This document shows positions 14,186 to 27,159 of a DNA stretch of 64,000 nt, one piece after another; position 1 is the first letter of the stretch; every line of letters begins with the position of its first letter. Under the pieces are notes generated by a model. The model searched no databases and had not been told where the DNA came from. It was given only the letters and a program-made list of their open reading frames with translations. The DNA lies in contig OX597820.1 in assembly GCA_951406725.2 (NCBI GenBank), positions 102,672,001 through 102,736,000 of the forward strand. The letters are read 5' to 3'. Source of the DNA: Octopus vulgaris (lineage: Eukaryota). The translations under genes and the position numbers were made by a program.

Positions 14186-14733
14186 TTGACTAGGGAATAA
14201 TATCGGACACAACATTTTAAAGACATAATACAGCATAACTGTATAATATGTCAACTTTCGTAGAAATACTTACCCTCTACCAGGACAGTGGAAACATTTT
14301 ACGTGTATAGTAACGGGCAACACAGACTTTTGCTTAAACACTCTTTGAAGAAAGTGAACAATATGTAGGAGTAATGGAATCTTCATTCCCCACCTAACAT
14401 AAACACCACCCATTGTTCTAACACCTACAATGCGAAAAAGAAAGACAGATGACACGGACAAGAGGCATGTTATTGTATCCACCCTGTTCTTCAGTGGTGA
14501 CATTTTCTATAAACCTTATCTTGCAAATGAATTTGAACTGACACAAACTGTACAAAGGCAGATGAAATGTATAATTCATTCAATGATCCCAGTAGTTCAA
14601 TTGATCAAACAGCTGAATAGTCAGTGTTGGAAATTTTGCCCGAGATACCCACATACATATACATATATGTGCGTGCGTGCGTTTATGCATGTATGTATTA
14701 TGTATGTGTGTATATATATTACACACAGAGTGC

Positions 14734-14776
<43 letters not shown>

Positions 14777-14780
14777 CACA

Positions 14781-15624
14781 CAGGGTGCGATGAACGAATT
14801 GTCGTCTAAATTACGCAAAAATGAAAATAACACTGGCATCTTATTTTAACAGATATATTTACCACGATTACATCAAAATATCTTGAAATACTAAAGAGTA
14901 AATTTATTCAATAGAATTGCCAATGGATTCAACCATGGCCTCCAGACGACTTCGGAATCTCCTGCAACTCTTCCTACAGTCTCCTTGTTTAAGTTGATGA
15001 ATGCTGCCATAATCCTTGTCTTCAGTTCATCTTTAGTGCTACAAAGAGTTTTTTTGATCTAACGCCAACTACGACCCACACATAATAATCAAATGGGTTG
15101 CAGTCTAGGGAGTTAGGTGGCCAGATGTTAGGAATGATGTCGTCGCAGAAATTGTCTTACAGCGATAACTGGGCTCTCCAGCTCGTGTGGCATGATGCAG
15201 AATCCTGTTGTCAGACATAGCGACTTCCTGCAGCCAGCTTCTTGACCCAGGGTAGCACTACCCACTCCAGGCACTTGATGTAGGCTCTGGGTTGAGTTTG
15301 AGGCCGTGTGGGAAGAGGAATGGAGGCATAACGTCGCCATCACTAGTGATCACTCCAAATGCTATAACGTTGATTGAATGTTTCATTTTTATCACTCTCA
15401 GTACATATTGGTATTGGTACACGTTCATATTGGAGCTTCCGGCGCGAGTGCCAAAGAAGTGCATGTCGTTTCTAAATTTCTGGCAGAGTGAATTGCGTCA
15501 TGCTGCTGTTTTTCTTACGGTGTCCAACCGACCCTACGATACTATTTAGTCGAGAGAATCAATAACAGTGCGCAAGCGCAAAATTAGAAATATTAAATGG
15601 CGACAATTCACCCATCGCACCCTG
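14781..15624 (-). mobile_element. Internally deleted Tc1/mariner (maT/DD37D-like) element with both TIRs
   Basis: TIRs cagggtgcgatg..gaattgtcg and cgacaattcacccatcgcaccctg+TA; minus-strand FGVITSDGDVMPPF, QQDSASCHT, WPPNSLDCNPFDYYVW. Confidence 0.85.
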
Positions 15625-15664
15625 TATTTATATGCGCATATATATATATTTATATGTATATATA

Positions 15665-15760
15665 CTCTTTACTCTTCTACTCTTTTACTTGTTTCAGTCA
15701 TTTGACTGCGGCCATGCTGGAGCACTGCCTTTAGTCGAGCAAATCGACCCCAGGACTTAT
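15665..15760 (-). mobile_element. SINE family B 3' tail
   Basis: ttttacttgtttcagtcatttgactgcggccatgctggagcac, matching 44100-44170 in reverse. Confidence 0.8.
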
Positions 15761-15769
15761 ATATGTATT

Positions 15770-15990
15770 TATTGTTGTATTTAGGAATGGTTATTTTGCC
15801 AGGTTAGCCAATAAAAACACACGCACTATATATTTGGTGTTACTTTGCTTCAGCGTTATTTATTTTATACATTAATCTTAATCTTATTTCGGCCAGAATT
15901 CTTTCATCACACTTCTGTGACTTCATCAGTGGTCATTTGCTTTCTTCTTTCTTATTTGTGTGTCTCTCCTTACTAACGGTCAGCCATTTT
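15770..15990 (-). mobile_element. PLE-terminus-like repeat with an HHR motif at 15891-15933
   Basis: Homologous to 60391-60596; minus strand cca-CTGATGA-a-gtcac/gtgat-GAAA-gaa-TTC-tgg. Confidence 0.65.
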
Positions 15991-16434
15991 GTATTTTGTA
16001 TTCCTATTGTATGTGTCTTCATTTGCGTATGCGTATACCTCTATGTGCGTCTATGTTTAGTTAGTGTGTGTGTGTGGGGAAGAGACAGAAAGAGAAAGAC
16101 AAAGAGATTTAATACAGGAAAACATGAATCCGAGGAAACTAGATGTTCTGCGTCAGCAAATTTTAAAAGGATTCAAATAGCGGATTCGGAGAGACACGAT
16201 ATGTCAAGTGGTGTTTAAGCATATAAACTAGGATTAGTGAGAGAGAGAGGGGGACATATCGGAAGAGACGTGAATGGGAGAGAAAGAGATAACAAATGTT
16301 GTAAAGGGAGAGTAGAACAGTCAGTATCAAATAAACCAAGTCTTTGAAATATTGGCTAAGAGAAAACACTTGAGAACAGAATTGACAGAACAGAAGACCG
16401 ATAATAAAAATATTCAGAATGGCAAAATCCAATG

Positions 16435-16685
16435 TGAAAATTTTATTAGATATTATCAAAGCAAGAAAAGAAAATTATTTTGGACACTTAATTAGTAAAA
16501 CGTTGTTAGTAGAGAACGCTAGTAGAAGGAAAAGTAGATGAAAAAGAAAAGAGGAGAAAACGAAGAATTACATGAATGGATATTAAAAAAACTGGACAAA
16601 CTTAAAACACGCTGAATGTATAAAGAAAACACGGGAAAGGTCGAGTTGTCGATTTATCGAATTCGACCTGCTGAGATCAGAGGAT
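16435..16685 (+). mobile_element. RTE-clade LINE 3' fragment
   Basis: LLDIIKARKENYFGHLI...LVEGKVDEKEKRRKRRIT resembles the RTE C-terminal YFGH...EG..GKR.RGR motif. Confidence 0.6.
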
Positions 16686-16894
16686 ACCCGTGGCTAGTGT
16701 GGAGGAGGTGGGGGGAAATGAGATGGCAAGGAGGTAATGGTATTTCCATAGGTGACAGTTGGAGAAGTGTAGAAAAGCGACACGGAAACATTAAACAGGC
16801 TTTCACATAGACGCAAAGACACACACTTACACACACACTATACACACACACTATACACACACACTCGTATCACACACCGGGTAAAAGGATTAGC

Positions 16895-17050
16895 CCATAT
16901 TTATGTTCTAAGTTCAAATTTCGCCGAGGTCGGCTTTTCCTTTCATCCTTTTGGGGTCGATAAAATAAGTACCATTTGAAAACTGGATCCTATCTAACCG
17001 ACATATTCCCACCCCGGAATTGCTGGCCCTGTGTCAAAATTAGAAACCAA
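16895..17050 (+). mobile_element. SINE family A (5'-truncated)
   Basis: gttcaaatttcgccgaggtcggcttttcctttcatccttttggggtcgataaaataagtacc. Confidence 0.8.
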
Positions 17051-17180
17051 TATGTAAACATACACACTTATATGTATGCATGTACAGATATATTGATACA
17101 TGTGCATAAAGACATTGATATACATGTACGTGAATTCAATGTAAGTGTTTGATCCAACATAGGGAAGGCTTCAGGTATGG

Positions 17181-17400
17181 AGTTTACATAAAGAAAGAAA
17201 ATAAATGGGTTAAAATTCACCGCAGCTGTTTCAGACGTGTTTTTCTTTCTTGATTAATAATTCGATTCCACCAAGAAAACAAAACCGTTTCCTTCAAGTG
17301 CATAAACGGTTCTTTTTCATAATGTAATATAATTATTCATCAATATAAACACGTCTGAAACATCTGTACTGAACCTTAACTCAATTGTGTTCTGTAAATC
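17181..17400. repeat. Decayed fold-back with HHR 3' halves
   Basis: cagctgtttcagacgtgttt pairs with aaacacgtctgaaacatctg; GAAAC-NNNN-GTA motif. Confidence 0.5.
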
Positions 17401-17489
17401 TTTCTCTTTTCTTTCTTTCTTTCTTTCTTCTTTTTTTTCCTTTCAGTATATATATTAGTTGTAAATTCATGTATGTGCATACGTATATA

Positions 17490-17940
17490 TAGGTTTCAAC
17501 AATAAGTACTCTGAATGTTGTCATAGTAACAAAGCTTTAGCACATATTGACCTTACTCTCTGCTTTGCATGCGCTCTAAGTTTTAACGTTCTAGTTTACA
17601 TCCATAGTTTACAGTAGTGCTTGGAAGGAACGTGTGTAGCGTGTGATCGTCGCATTGACCATGACAAAGAAAGTTGTCATGGCCATACATGCTCAGAGGC
17701 CTATGCAAAGTTGCAGAAAGTTTATGGAGAGGAGTGTATGAGCTGCACACACGTGTTCGATATTGATGAATGTTCTGGGAGAGCCGCAACCAGCTTAACT
17801 GAGAAAAACATCACAGATGTGCGTGCAGCTGTGAAAAGAAATCGTCGAATCATCATCCGTGAGTTATCAAATGATGTTCAGATAAATTATTGTTTAGTTC
17901 TGTCCCTTACCACCAAAGATTTGAGTATCAGACGCGTGTC
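17490..17940 (+). mobile_element. mariner 5' half (HTH domains)
   Basis: SEAYAKLQKVYGEECMS...SGRAATSLTEKNITDVRAAVKRNRRIIIRELSN. Confidence 0.85.
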
Positions 17941-18452
17941 TTTTCCAAGCTTTACCAGGTGCTCATGAACGACGGATTTTGATAGATTGAAGCTTTATGC
18001 CAATTCTCGGGTTGTGCACTGTTGGTTATTCTCAATTAATGACTTGATTAGGTCATCATCTGTAGTGGATTGTCTGCCTGATCACTCTTTATCAATAAGG
18101 CTACAATCTCTAACTCGAAACCTTGCGAACCACTTCTGTACAGTGCTTTCGGATAAAGAAGCATCACCGTGAACCGCGCATATTTCTTTGGTTGCTTGTG
18201 AGGCATTTTTCCTTTTACGGAAAAAGAAAAGCATCAAGTGCCGAAAACGAACTTTCTTATCTTCCATTTTAAAGGGTTACAGAATTAACACAGTTTATAG
18301 GAACATAAACCTTCTTCCACGAAAAGGTAGCTTAAAATGTTCTCTAAATTGAGGTGTAGTCAAATCCTATTTTATGGACTCAACCATGTTCTAAAATAAG
18401 TCGAAAGGTAAGCTACTATAAATCGGCACGGACTTTCCAGACAACCCAATAT
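17941..18452 (-). mobile_element. Second mariner 5' half with left TIR
   Basis: MEDKKVRFRHLMLFFFRKRKNASQATKEICAVHGDASLSESTVQKWFARFR; TIR tattgggttgtctggaaagtccgtgccgattt. Confidence 0.9.
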
Positions 18453-18864
18453 TTAACGTACCATATCTCTGGTCATTAAATATGTATTATGTTAACACTT
18501 ACGCTTTCGGACTGAAGATGGCATGAACTCTGTTCTTACTATTCATGTTACTGAATTAAATTGTTTGCCTGGAAAAATTCGTTTTTCTTTCTCCATTCCG
18601 GTGCCATTTGATTTATTTTTATCTGGCAATATATATACAGGTTACAAGGTGACACGCGAATTTCATACAAGGTTTCAATGGTGCAAACGGGCTTCATTCT
18701 ATCTAACTTCGACTGCATTAGACAATTTTTACTTTTCTTAATTCAGTTACAGTTTGTGATGCTACATTTATTCATATGTACTTGTACACGTGTTCTTATT
18801 CTTCAAACTTCTTAATCCCCTGGTTAAGTTAAGCCTGTCATGTACAAGATAGGCAGGAATAAAT

Positions 18865-18925
<61 letters not shown>

Positions 18926-19319
18926 ACGCTCATTTGTTTTCACTGTCCCAGTTTTGTTACCAACTTTGACCATCCGCAAAATCTCTAATTTTATTTAGTT
19001 TGCTTTGCGGGAGCAACTCTTTTGTCAAAAACGTATCTTGCCATGAATTTCTCGAAATACGAAGTAGAGAAACAGCCGACAACTGATGAAGAGATTTTAA
19101 TGTTGTTTGTCTTGTTTTCCATATTTTTCTTTCTTTGTTCGCAAAAAAGTTCGTATTCCTTGATTTCGTATTTCATATTGTTTACGCTCTGTGTTGTCCT
19201 GCGCCCATATATGCATGTGTATATGCATATATATGTATGTACATATATGTGTGTATGTATGTATGTATGTATGTATGTATGTATGTATGTATGTATGTAT
19301 GTATGTATGTATGTATGTA

Positions 19320-19352
<33 letters not shown>

Positions 19353-20359
19353 ATGTATGTATGCATGCATGTATGTATGCATATAGATTTATATATTATT
19401 TATATTATTATATGATTGAACACCTCGCATCATTTTCCAAATGTATATATATATATATATTTATATTTACATGCATGTATATAAGTATGTTATATTTATA
19501 GAATATGTACTTTATGCAATATGTACTATATATTGTGCTGTAATCAGTAAAGTGATTTTCCAATTACGTTTCTGTCCATTAAATAAACTCCCCCAACGCT
19601 TTTATCATCCTAGATGTTGTCATAACCAATAATTGTGATGCAATCATAACAAAAAAAACATCTAAGATTAGTGGCAATAAAGTTTATTACTTGATACAAT
19701 TTTTTTTTCTTATGATTGTTTAAATTTATTTCTTGCGTATATTTAGTTATGTGTAAAATGTCTATACACTACTAATTTCTGTTAACTCATTTCTTGATAT
19801 GTGAAATTGAATTAAAAACTAGCTGAAATGCAGTAAGATGTACTTTAGTTCTACTATAGCAGATTTATTGAAATCTAGAAAATGGCGGTCATCGTTGATG
19901 ACAAATTATATACATATCATAATTAACATATTAAATATGTTTTCCTTTATAATGATTATGAACGTTCTCGCTGTAATGTATCCGCAGCAATTATCATATA
20001 ACTGCCTTAACTTGTTGACTATATAAAGTTTACGTGACATGTCTCATGCTCTGAAAATTGATTCGTAAATATTCAAATTGAGTCAAATTGCTGTTAGGTT
20101 GTTGTGATGTGATATTTATAGCTTTCGAAAGGATATTAACAGCGAAATCTAGTTGGCTTCAACGACACAGAAAAAAACACATTGTGTGTTAAGTCAACAT
20201 AGATTTCCAAACCATTCCACAGCACAAGATTGTTCCGCTAAATACTATCGTAAAACACCTTTAGTGCGACCCATTGAATATGCTGCTTCTTTGTCACATC
20301 GACCCTGGAGGAAAAATATTTCCGACCTCATCATCAGTATAGAACATCAATGTGCTTTG

Positions 20360-20510
20360 CGTAGCCAAGTGGTAGGAAGCTTTCTTTCCAACCACATGGT
20401 TTTCGGTTCAGTCCCACTGCCTCGCACCTTGGGATAATGTCTTCTATAGACTCGAGCCGACCAAAGCTTAGTGAGTGAATTTGTTAAATGAAAACTGAAA
20501 GAAGCCCATA
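20360..20510 (+). mobile_element. SINE family B head
   Basis: ttccaaccacatggttttcggttcagtcccactg...caccttggg...aactgaaagaagccc. Confidence 0.75.
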
Positions 20511-20667
20511 TATATGTGTTCGTGTGTGTATATGTATATGTATATGCATATATCTATATGTATGGGTCTTTGCGACAGACAGAAATATATGTATATATGA
20601 ATTGTAGTAAGTAATAATTAAAATCAAACTAAAGTATAATATAATCGTAACATAACAAAAGTAAAAA

Positions 20668-21245
20668 TAGCAATTGGTATAAAATTGCATCAATGACTTG
20701 AACTTGAATAAGTGGTTTCACATGAATGGGAATAAATTAAAAATAAAATTAGCGTTCAGAAATGGAATAGTCCAGATGGATAATAAAAAATTAAATTTAA
20801 GAAAAGACTTTTGTCTATAAAGTATACAATGTAGAGAAAAAAGATTTGAACACCTGGAGGAAAGCACCATCGAAAAGTGTCTTGGTGCGACTATGAAAGA
20901 TATCTAACCAGAGGCGGTAAATTCGCCACAATAGAAGCAAGGTTCGAGTCAACGGAGCGTGCAAGGGAGTAGTTGACTCGAACTTGCAAAGTCGATATAT
21001 TTTATTATTACCTTTATATCTGGGACGTAGGACGTCGCGGATAAAAATTAAAAATGTCCCCCTCCTCAGTAGTAGAGGTAGGCTGGATTGTAGCCACACT
21101 TTTATACAAGAGAGAGGACAAGATACAATTGATCGAAATTGCAAGAGACGGGCTTATAATTCCAGTCTGTTATATATTTTGGGTATTGTTATCACTAGCG
21201 ATATCAAGATATAACTTTGTATTTTGTATTTTATGTGTAGATGTA
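20668..21245 (+). mobile_element. Unclassified repeat, copy A (inverted partner at 24425-24907)
   Basis: The ~60-bp 5' block and ~135-bp 3' block are reverse complements of blocks at 24845-24907 and 24425-24560. Confidence 0.7.
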
Positions 21246-21306
21246 TATATATATATAGATGTACATGTAATATGTACACATATATATATACACATATATA
21301 CATGCA

Positions 21307-21344
21307 CTAGCACTATGACCCGGCAACGACGGGTCATAATGCTA

Positions 21345-21345
<1 letters not shown>
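21307..21345. mobile_element. Helitron-type 3' hairpin + CTAG (palindromic)
   Basis: ctagca-ctatgacccg-gcaacga-cgggtcata-atgctag then (TA)n. Confidence 0.6.
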
Positions 21346-21387
<42 letters not shown>

Positions 21388-21729
21388 CATATGTGTGTGT
21401 GTCTCTATCTGTGTGTGCATGTGTATGTATAAATTAAGAAATGGAGTCAAACGCACGTATTATTCAAATATTTACGCCTCTCACATATGTTTCGAAAATA
21501 ACATTGATATTATTCCTCAGGGAATAAAATGATGTAAAACAATGCGATCATCTCGCCAGGGAAATAAAAAGAGAAACAAAATACACTAATAAGTCATTTT
21601 AACCGAATGAGATTGTCGCGTATATGATGAAGGGGAACACTGGCAAGCTAGTTTTTTAAAAAACCGTGAATAGATTTAACGTCGAAAGTAATTTAGAGAA
21701 AGAGAAGGAGGAGAACGAAAGAAATTAAC

Positions 21730-21777
<48 letters not shown>

Positions 21778-21796
21778 AATATATATATATATAGAC

Positions 21797-21869
<73 letters not shown>

Positions 21870-22633
21870 CTGACAGAATTTCATAATCGAGTACATACCT
21901 CCTAATATGCTGTCTTAACACATTACACACTATTCGGCCATATTATTCGCCAACAACAGTATGGAAGTATATTCCACTGGATTTACGTCAAGAATTTCTT
22001 TGTGATTGCAGTGTTTATATAAAGTATGGGAGACAGAAAATGGAGTTCACAAGACTCTTTATTCAGAATCCTTACGACCATTTTGACTTACCATGCATTT
22101 TATATGTGAGATATCATGCATTCTATGTACAGATGGGTCTGACTTTTCAAAAAGTAGTTCGAATTTACTTGCCTTTTCTCTTATCTTAATGGCAATACGT
22201 TTTGGTAAGTGTAGCATACTCTCCGCTTCCATATGGAACTGGGATATAATGAAAGAATCTTCCTTATAAAACAAAATATACAACGATAAATGAATAACGA
22301 ATCAGCCATCCTGTGTCCGAGAATTCTTTTAATGTTTGTAGAATAACGACACATTCTGCCTTTATAAGTTTGTTTACTAAAAGGGCTCACATTCCAAAAG
22401 TTACTATTTAGCTTTATACCCAAACGATAATAGTTGCCAATGTCCCATGGCTTAATGGTGCAGGGTCCCCAACCTCCATTTGAGAGGTACCAGTTTCGAT
22501 TCTTTGTAATACCAACCTCTTTTTTTCCCGTTTTCTAAAGATCATTTATCCAATTTTCTAAGTTATCCTCACAACCATTCAGTCTCCGAGAATTCCTTTA
22601 TTCTCTGTAGAATGTAAACACACACACGCACAC

Positions 22634-22690
<57 letters not shown>

Positions 22691-22691
<1 letters not shown>

Positions 22692-24270
22692 TAGCAGAAT
22701 TGCCCGGCGATGCTCGGGGCTGAATTGCTTGAAAGTACTGTTAATAATTGCACTGAATTATGATGATTATTCAGGCAAATATTGATATAAGTTTACGCTG
22801 GGAGATAAGGACTTAACGATCAAACGTGTGCCATTGCATTGTTTTGGGGGAACCAAATTTCTAATGAGCATTATAGGGGCACCAACTTTAAGTTTGAGAA
22901 TGTGTGGTGGTAGTCCGGGGGGCTCAAAGGAATTAAGTACCTATATTGGATAGTTGATGACGTCCTCTGGGTCAGGAGTTGTATCGATAGACTTATATAC
23001 ATAGACATCCCCACGAATGAGTTTTAGCATTTCATCATTAATATGGTGAACAGTTTTATTCCTCGGGGCCAGAATAGCCCTTTGGCCAATCCAATCCATA
23101 TTCTGATAATTAGCTTATAGATCTGGGAACACTGCATCTCTGAGATCAGAAGGCGTTTTAACAACGGTACAAATGGAATCGATGGCAATATAACCATTTT
23201 CATCCCCCGGTATTTTGCCTTCGCCAAGTGCAAGGAGGGTGTGAGAAAATGCTGCTGATGTGATATTACGTCGCATATGAGCACGCATATTGGTGTGAAG
23301 TTTGAGAGTCTTCACCAGTGGCCACAATGTGGATGACTTAAGACACGCACTTACTGCATCAGCTCTAGTCCCTTTGGGAATAACGGGAAGTGTTTGTCAG
23401 AAGTCCCCTGAAAGAAGAAGTGTTATGCCTCCCATGGGAGCTGAAGAGTGTTTGATGTCTCTGAGAGATCTATCTAGTGCCTCAAGAGCACCTCTGTGGG
23501 CCATCGTGCATTCATCCGAAACGATAAGCTTGCATCGTCTGAAGACTTCTGTCTGATCGGAGCTGTTACTGATGTTGCAAGTTGGTGTCTCAGTCTTCGC
23601 TAAGTCAAGCGGAAGCTTGAAAGTGGAGTGAGCTGTCCTGCCGCCTGGCAACAAAGTAGCCGCAATTCCAGATGATGCCACAGCTAAGGCAATGCCTTGT
23701 GTTCGCCTAATCTCAGCCAATATTAATTTGTTGACAAAAGTTTTCTCAGTGCCCCCAGGAGTGTCCAGGAAAAAAATCCCCCCAGCTTTGGCCCGGACTG
23801 AATTAACAACGGAGTTGTAAGCGAACTTCTGTTCTGGAAGGAGCTTTGGCTCATTGTCGGTTATGTACTCGGCAAGCTCGTCAACATTAAAACATGTCTC
23901 ACGCAGCAAATGTGAAGACAGAGTGTTTGTGCCTTCCCAGTTTGTTGAGGGTAGGCCATAGACCGGCAAGGCACTACCGCCCATATCAAGTACAGTATCT
24001 TCGAACGTAGTTTGTTACCACACAGCCACACCTACCATATCTCCCCAGCTTTGGCCCGGACTGAATTAACAACGGAGTTGTAAGCGAACTTCTGTTCTGG
24101 AAGGAGCTTTGGCTCATTGTCGGCTATGTACTCGGCAAGCTCGTCAACATTAAAACATGTCTCACGCAGCAAATGTGAAAACAGAGTGTTTGTGCTTTCC
24201 CGGTTTGTTGAAGGTAGGCCATAGACCGGCAAGGTACTACCGCCCATATCAAGTACAGTATCTTCGAACG
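22691..24270 (-). mobile_element. Helitron 3' portion with Pif1-like helicase pseudogene
   Basis: FFLDTPGGTEKTF (Walker A), [58 protein letters not shown]; terminal hairpin cccgagcatcgccggg + CTAG followed by T. Confidence 0.95.
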
Positions 24271-24296
24271 TAGTTTGTTACCACACAGCCACACCT
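23780..24296. repeat. 263-bp-period tandem duplication spanning a SINE-head/Helitron junction
   Basis: 23780-24033 and 24043-24296 are nearly identical. Confidence 0.9.
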
Positions 24297-24395
24297 GCCC
24301 CTATGTAGGTGTGTGTGTACGTGTGTGTGTATGGGTAGATATATTATGCATGTATATATGTGTATATATATATATATATATGTGTACATATTACA

Positions 24396-24424
<29 letters not shown>

Positions 24425-24433
<9 letters not shown>

Positions 24434-24907
24434 TACACATAAAATACAAAATACAAAGTTATATCTTGATATCGCTAGTGATAACAATACTCAAAATATA
24501 TAACAGACTGGAATTGTAGGCCCGTCTCTTGCAATTTCGATCAATTGGATCTTGTATAGAAGTGTACGGCTGCAGCGAAATTCATTTTTGGACTTTCTTC
24601 TATCGAAGGCATTTTAACAAAACTGCTTCCGTAAAGACGGTGAAAATATTGTCAATTTCCCCAAAAGGGACACAATTCAATTTTAAAACAATAATCAAAG
24701 CCCCTTCTCCGAAAGGGGGAGGGTTACGATTTACAATTATTTAACAAATGCAACACAACAACGTTTCCCTGACGATGAACCAACAAACGTGATTACAATA
24801 GTCAAACAGTAATAATAATAACAACAAACCTTTTTAATGTATCCCCATTTATGTGAAACCACTTATTCAAGTTCAAGTCATTGATGCAATTTTATACGAA
24901 TTGCTAA
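24425..24907 (-). mobile_element. Unclassified repeat, copy B
   Basis: Shares both termini with 20668-21245 but has a different interior. Confidence 0.7.
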
Positions 24908-25849
24908 TACACACACACACATAATAATGGTGAAAAATTGAATACTAATTTGATTAATATGAATTGAAAACCAGTGGTGTAGCATATAAGACCACAGCGG
25001 ATCTTCTTCTAGCAAAAAGGATGACCAGTATTAATTGCTCATCCCTTTTATATAAATACTTTCACTTTAATTGTTGCACACTTGCAAAGAGAAAGGAGGA
25101 GAAAGTGTAGTGGTAATGGTAGGAGTGAAGCACTTGAAAAGAAAGAGGGAAATGGTAAAATATTTACTTTTCTCGAATTTTTGCTTAATTGGGGGTGAAA
25201 TTGAAAAAACTTTACATGCCACGACCCGATGGAATCTACTTGTAAAATTGATAGGTAAATTCCAATTGAAGAAATTCTATATTGTAGAATTGTATAAAAA
25301 ACAAACGGTTTGGGAGGCAGATAAAATCTGCCTTTTATAAGAGATTATAATAAGAGATTATAATAAGATATATATATATATGAAATACATCTAAATATGT
25401 TCTATAAAATTATTCAATATAACATTATAAAAAATCCGAATGTTATATATAAATCATTAGTATCGCGCTCTTCTAGAAGGCGACAGATAAGCTTCATAGA
25501 GTAGGGGAAGAGTTGGTAACTTGTTATTATTGGCCTTGTCTCTTACTCGAAGTCTGATGCGACTGGGAATAATGCAATTAACAGCTACCGTAACAGTGTT
25601 CAGACAAATCGGCTTTGCTTCTAAGTAATGAGTTCTCTTGAGACTCTATGATTTTGATGATATAGCAAAACATAAGTTTCTATTGACTCGTTCAACGAAC
25701 CAAATAACGTTATCACGGAATTTTCGTAGAGCAGAGAGGACACTCTTTCGTCCTCTTCACCATCATCGCATTCTCTGCTCTTGCTACATTCCTTTACTAT
25801 TACTTTCTCTATTAACGTTTAATATGCAGCTTAACCCTTTGTGTCTTTC

Positions 25850-26290
25850 AGGCAGGTTCTGACATTCTTTTCTGTGACATCCGTTTCACTTTTACTCTGA
25901 AGCAACAATGAAAATTCTTTATCTCGAATCTTTTTAAATTGTATTCTAAAACTACAACATACACAGATTACTTTTCCACGAATTTACTAGAATAGTGCTT
26001 TTCAGTAACTTCCACGAAACTACTACAGCGAATATTGAAGACACTGTTGTCCTTGAAGGTGCCGAAACTCCTTTTTTCCTTGTATATTTTTATCTGATCC
26101 TGCACTTTTACCACTAGAACTCCATTGGTGTAATCTTTTGGATGTTACAATTATGCTGTTAACAATCAATTGAAGCCTAGAGGTAACATTGGGTGGCAGG
26201 ATTTGATTTTGCACTTTGATATTATCGATTATTCGTGATAAATCGATGACCATTTGAATGGAGTGTGTGAGTTGTTTAAAATTGGTAGCA
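25850..26290 (-). mobile_element. pogo/Tigger-like DDE-domain relic
   Basis: ILPPNVTSRLQLIVNSIIVTSKRLH resembles FLPPNTTS.LQP.DQGII..FK..Y. Confidence 0.6.
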
Positions 26291-26446
26291 TCTTTACATC
26301 CTTAGCAGGTAACTTTGAGAACAACGTTTCTGGCATCTACACCCTGCATGGATGTAATGCGAGACAAGGCAGTGATTAAATACATGCATACAGATATTTT
26401 TTATATATGCATGTATCTCTCCTTCTTCCTCTCTCTCCCTTACCCT

Positions 26447-26496
<50 letters not shown>

Positions 26497-26640
26497 ACAA
26501 TATAATAAATAAATAAAATATATGCATATATGTACATATATGTACATATATTTATGTATATATGCATATATTTTATTTATTTACTATATTGTTATTATAT
26601 GACCGAACGCACGCGTCGTTCCTCATCTCCAAGTAAGTTT

Positions 26641-26695
<55 letters not shown>

Positions 26696-26943
26696 GTTAT
26701 TATTTCTAAATCTCTCTAAAGGACAGATACTGCAGCAGTACTGGGTATTAATAATTATTGCCAAACTAACGTGGCAGTTCAGAGAAATAGGACGAATGCT
26801 GCTGTGATTAGCTACGAGAGGCGTTCGCCTCTAGCACTAAGATATATTTCTATTTTTTTTAATCAGTGGGTGAATTTCACTGAATATATATAAATAAAAC
26901 CTTCGAAAAGAGGTCGACTACGGCCCCCACTGGACTCTGCTGC

Positions 26944-26986
26944 TCCACATTGATAAGGGACAACTACCCCGAAACCGGTCTATGGG
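26944..26986 (+). ncRNA. Decayed minimal hammerhead
   Basis: tccaca-TTGATAA-ggg..ccc-GAAA-ccg-GTC-tatggg; palindrome ACCGGT; two core substitutions. Confidence 0.55.
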
Positions 26987-27159
26987 TACCAATCCAGCAA
27001 AAAGAAGTTGATGGCCTCCCCTGTTCGAAGGTTTATGGACGCAGGCTTGTACGTCATATAACTAGTTAGATGCGATCGCCTCTCGGAGCTAATCAACAGG
27101 AGCATTTAAACTATTTCTCTGGACTGCTACGTTAGTTTGACAATATATATATATATAAC

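Noticed and set aside
20850-20912. HHR-like ctggagga...gaaagatatcta
   Set aside because: Core has an insertion and no stem I can be formed
21880-22430. Possible hAT-like transposase remnant
   Set aside because: Only vague similarity and no terminal repeats found
22445-22520. tRNA-like sequence (A box tggcttaatgg, B box gtttcgattc)
   Set aside because: Acceptor and anticodon stems do not pair; at most a decayed SINE head
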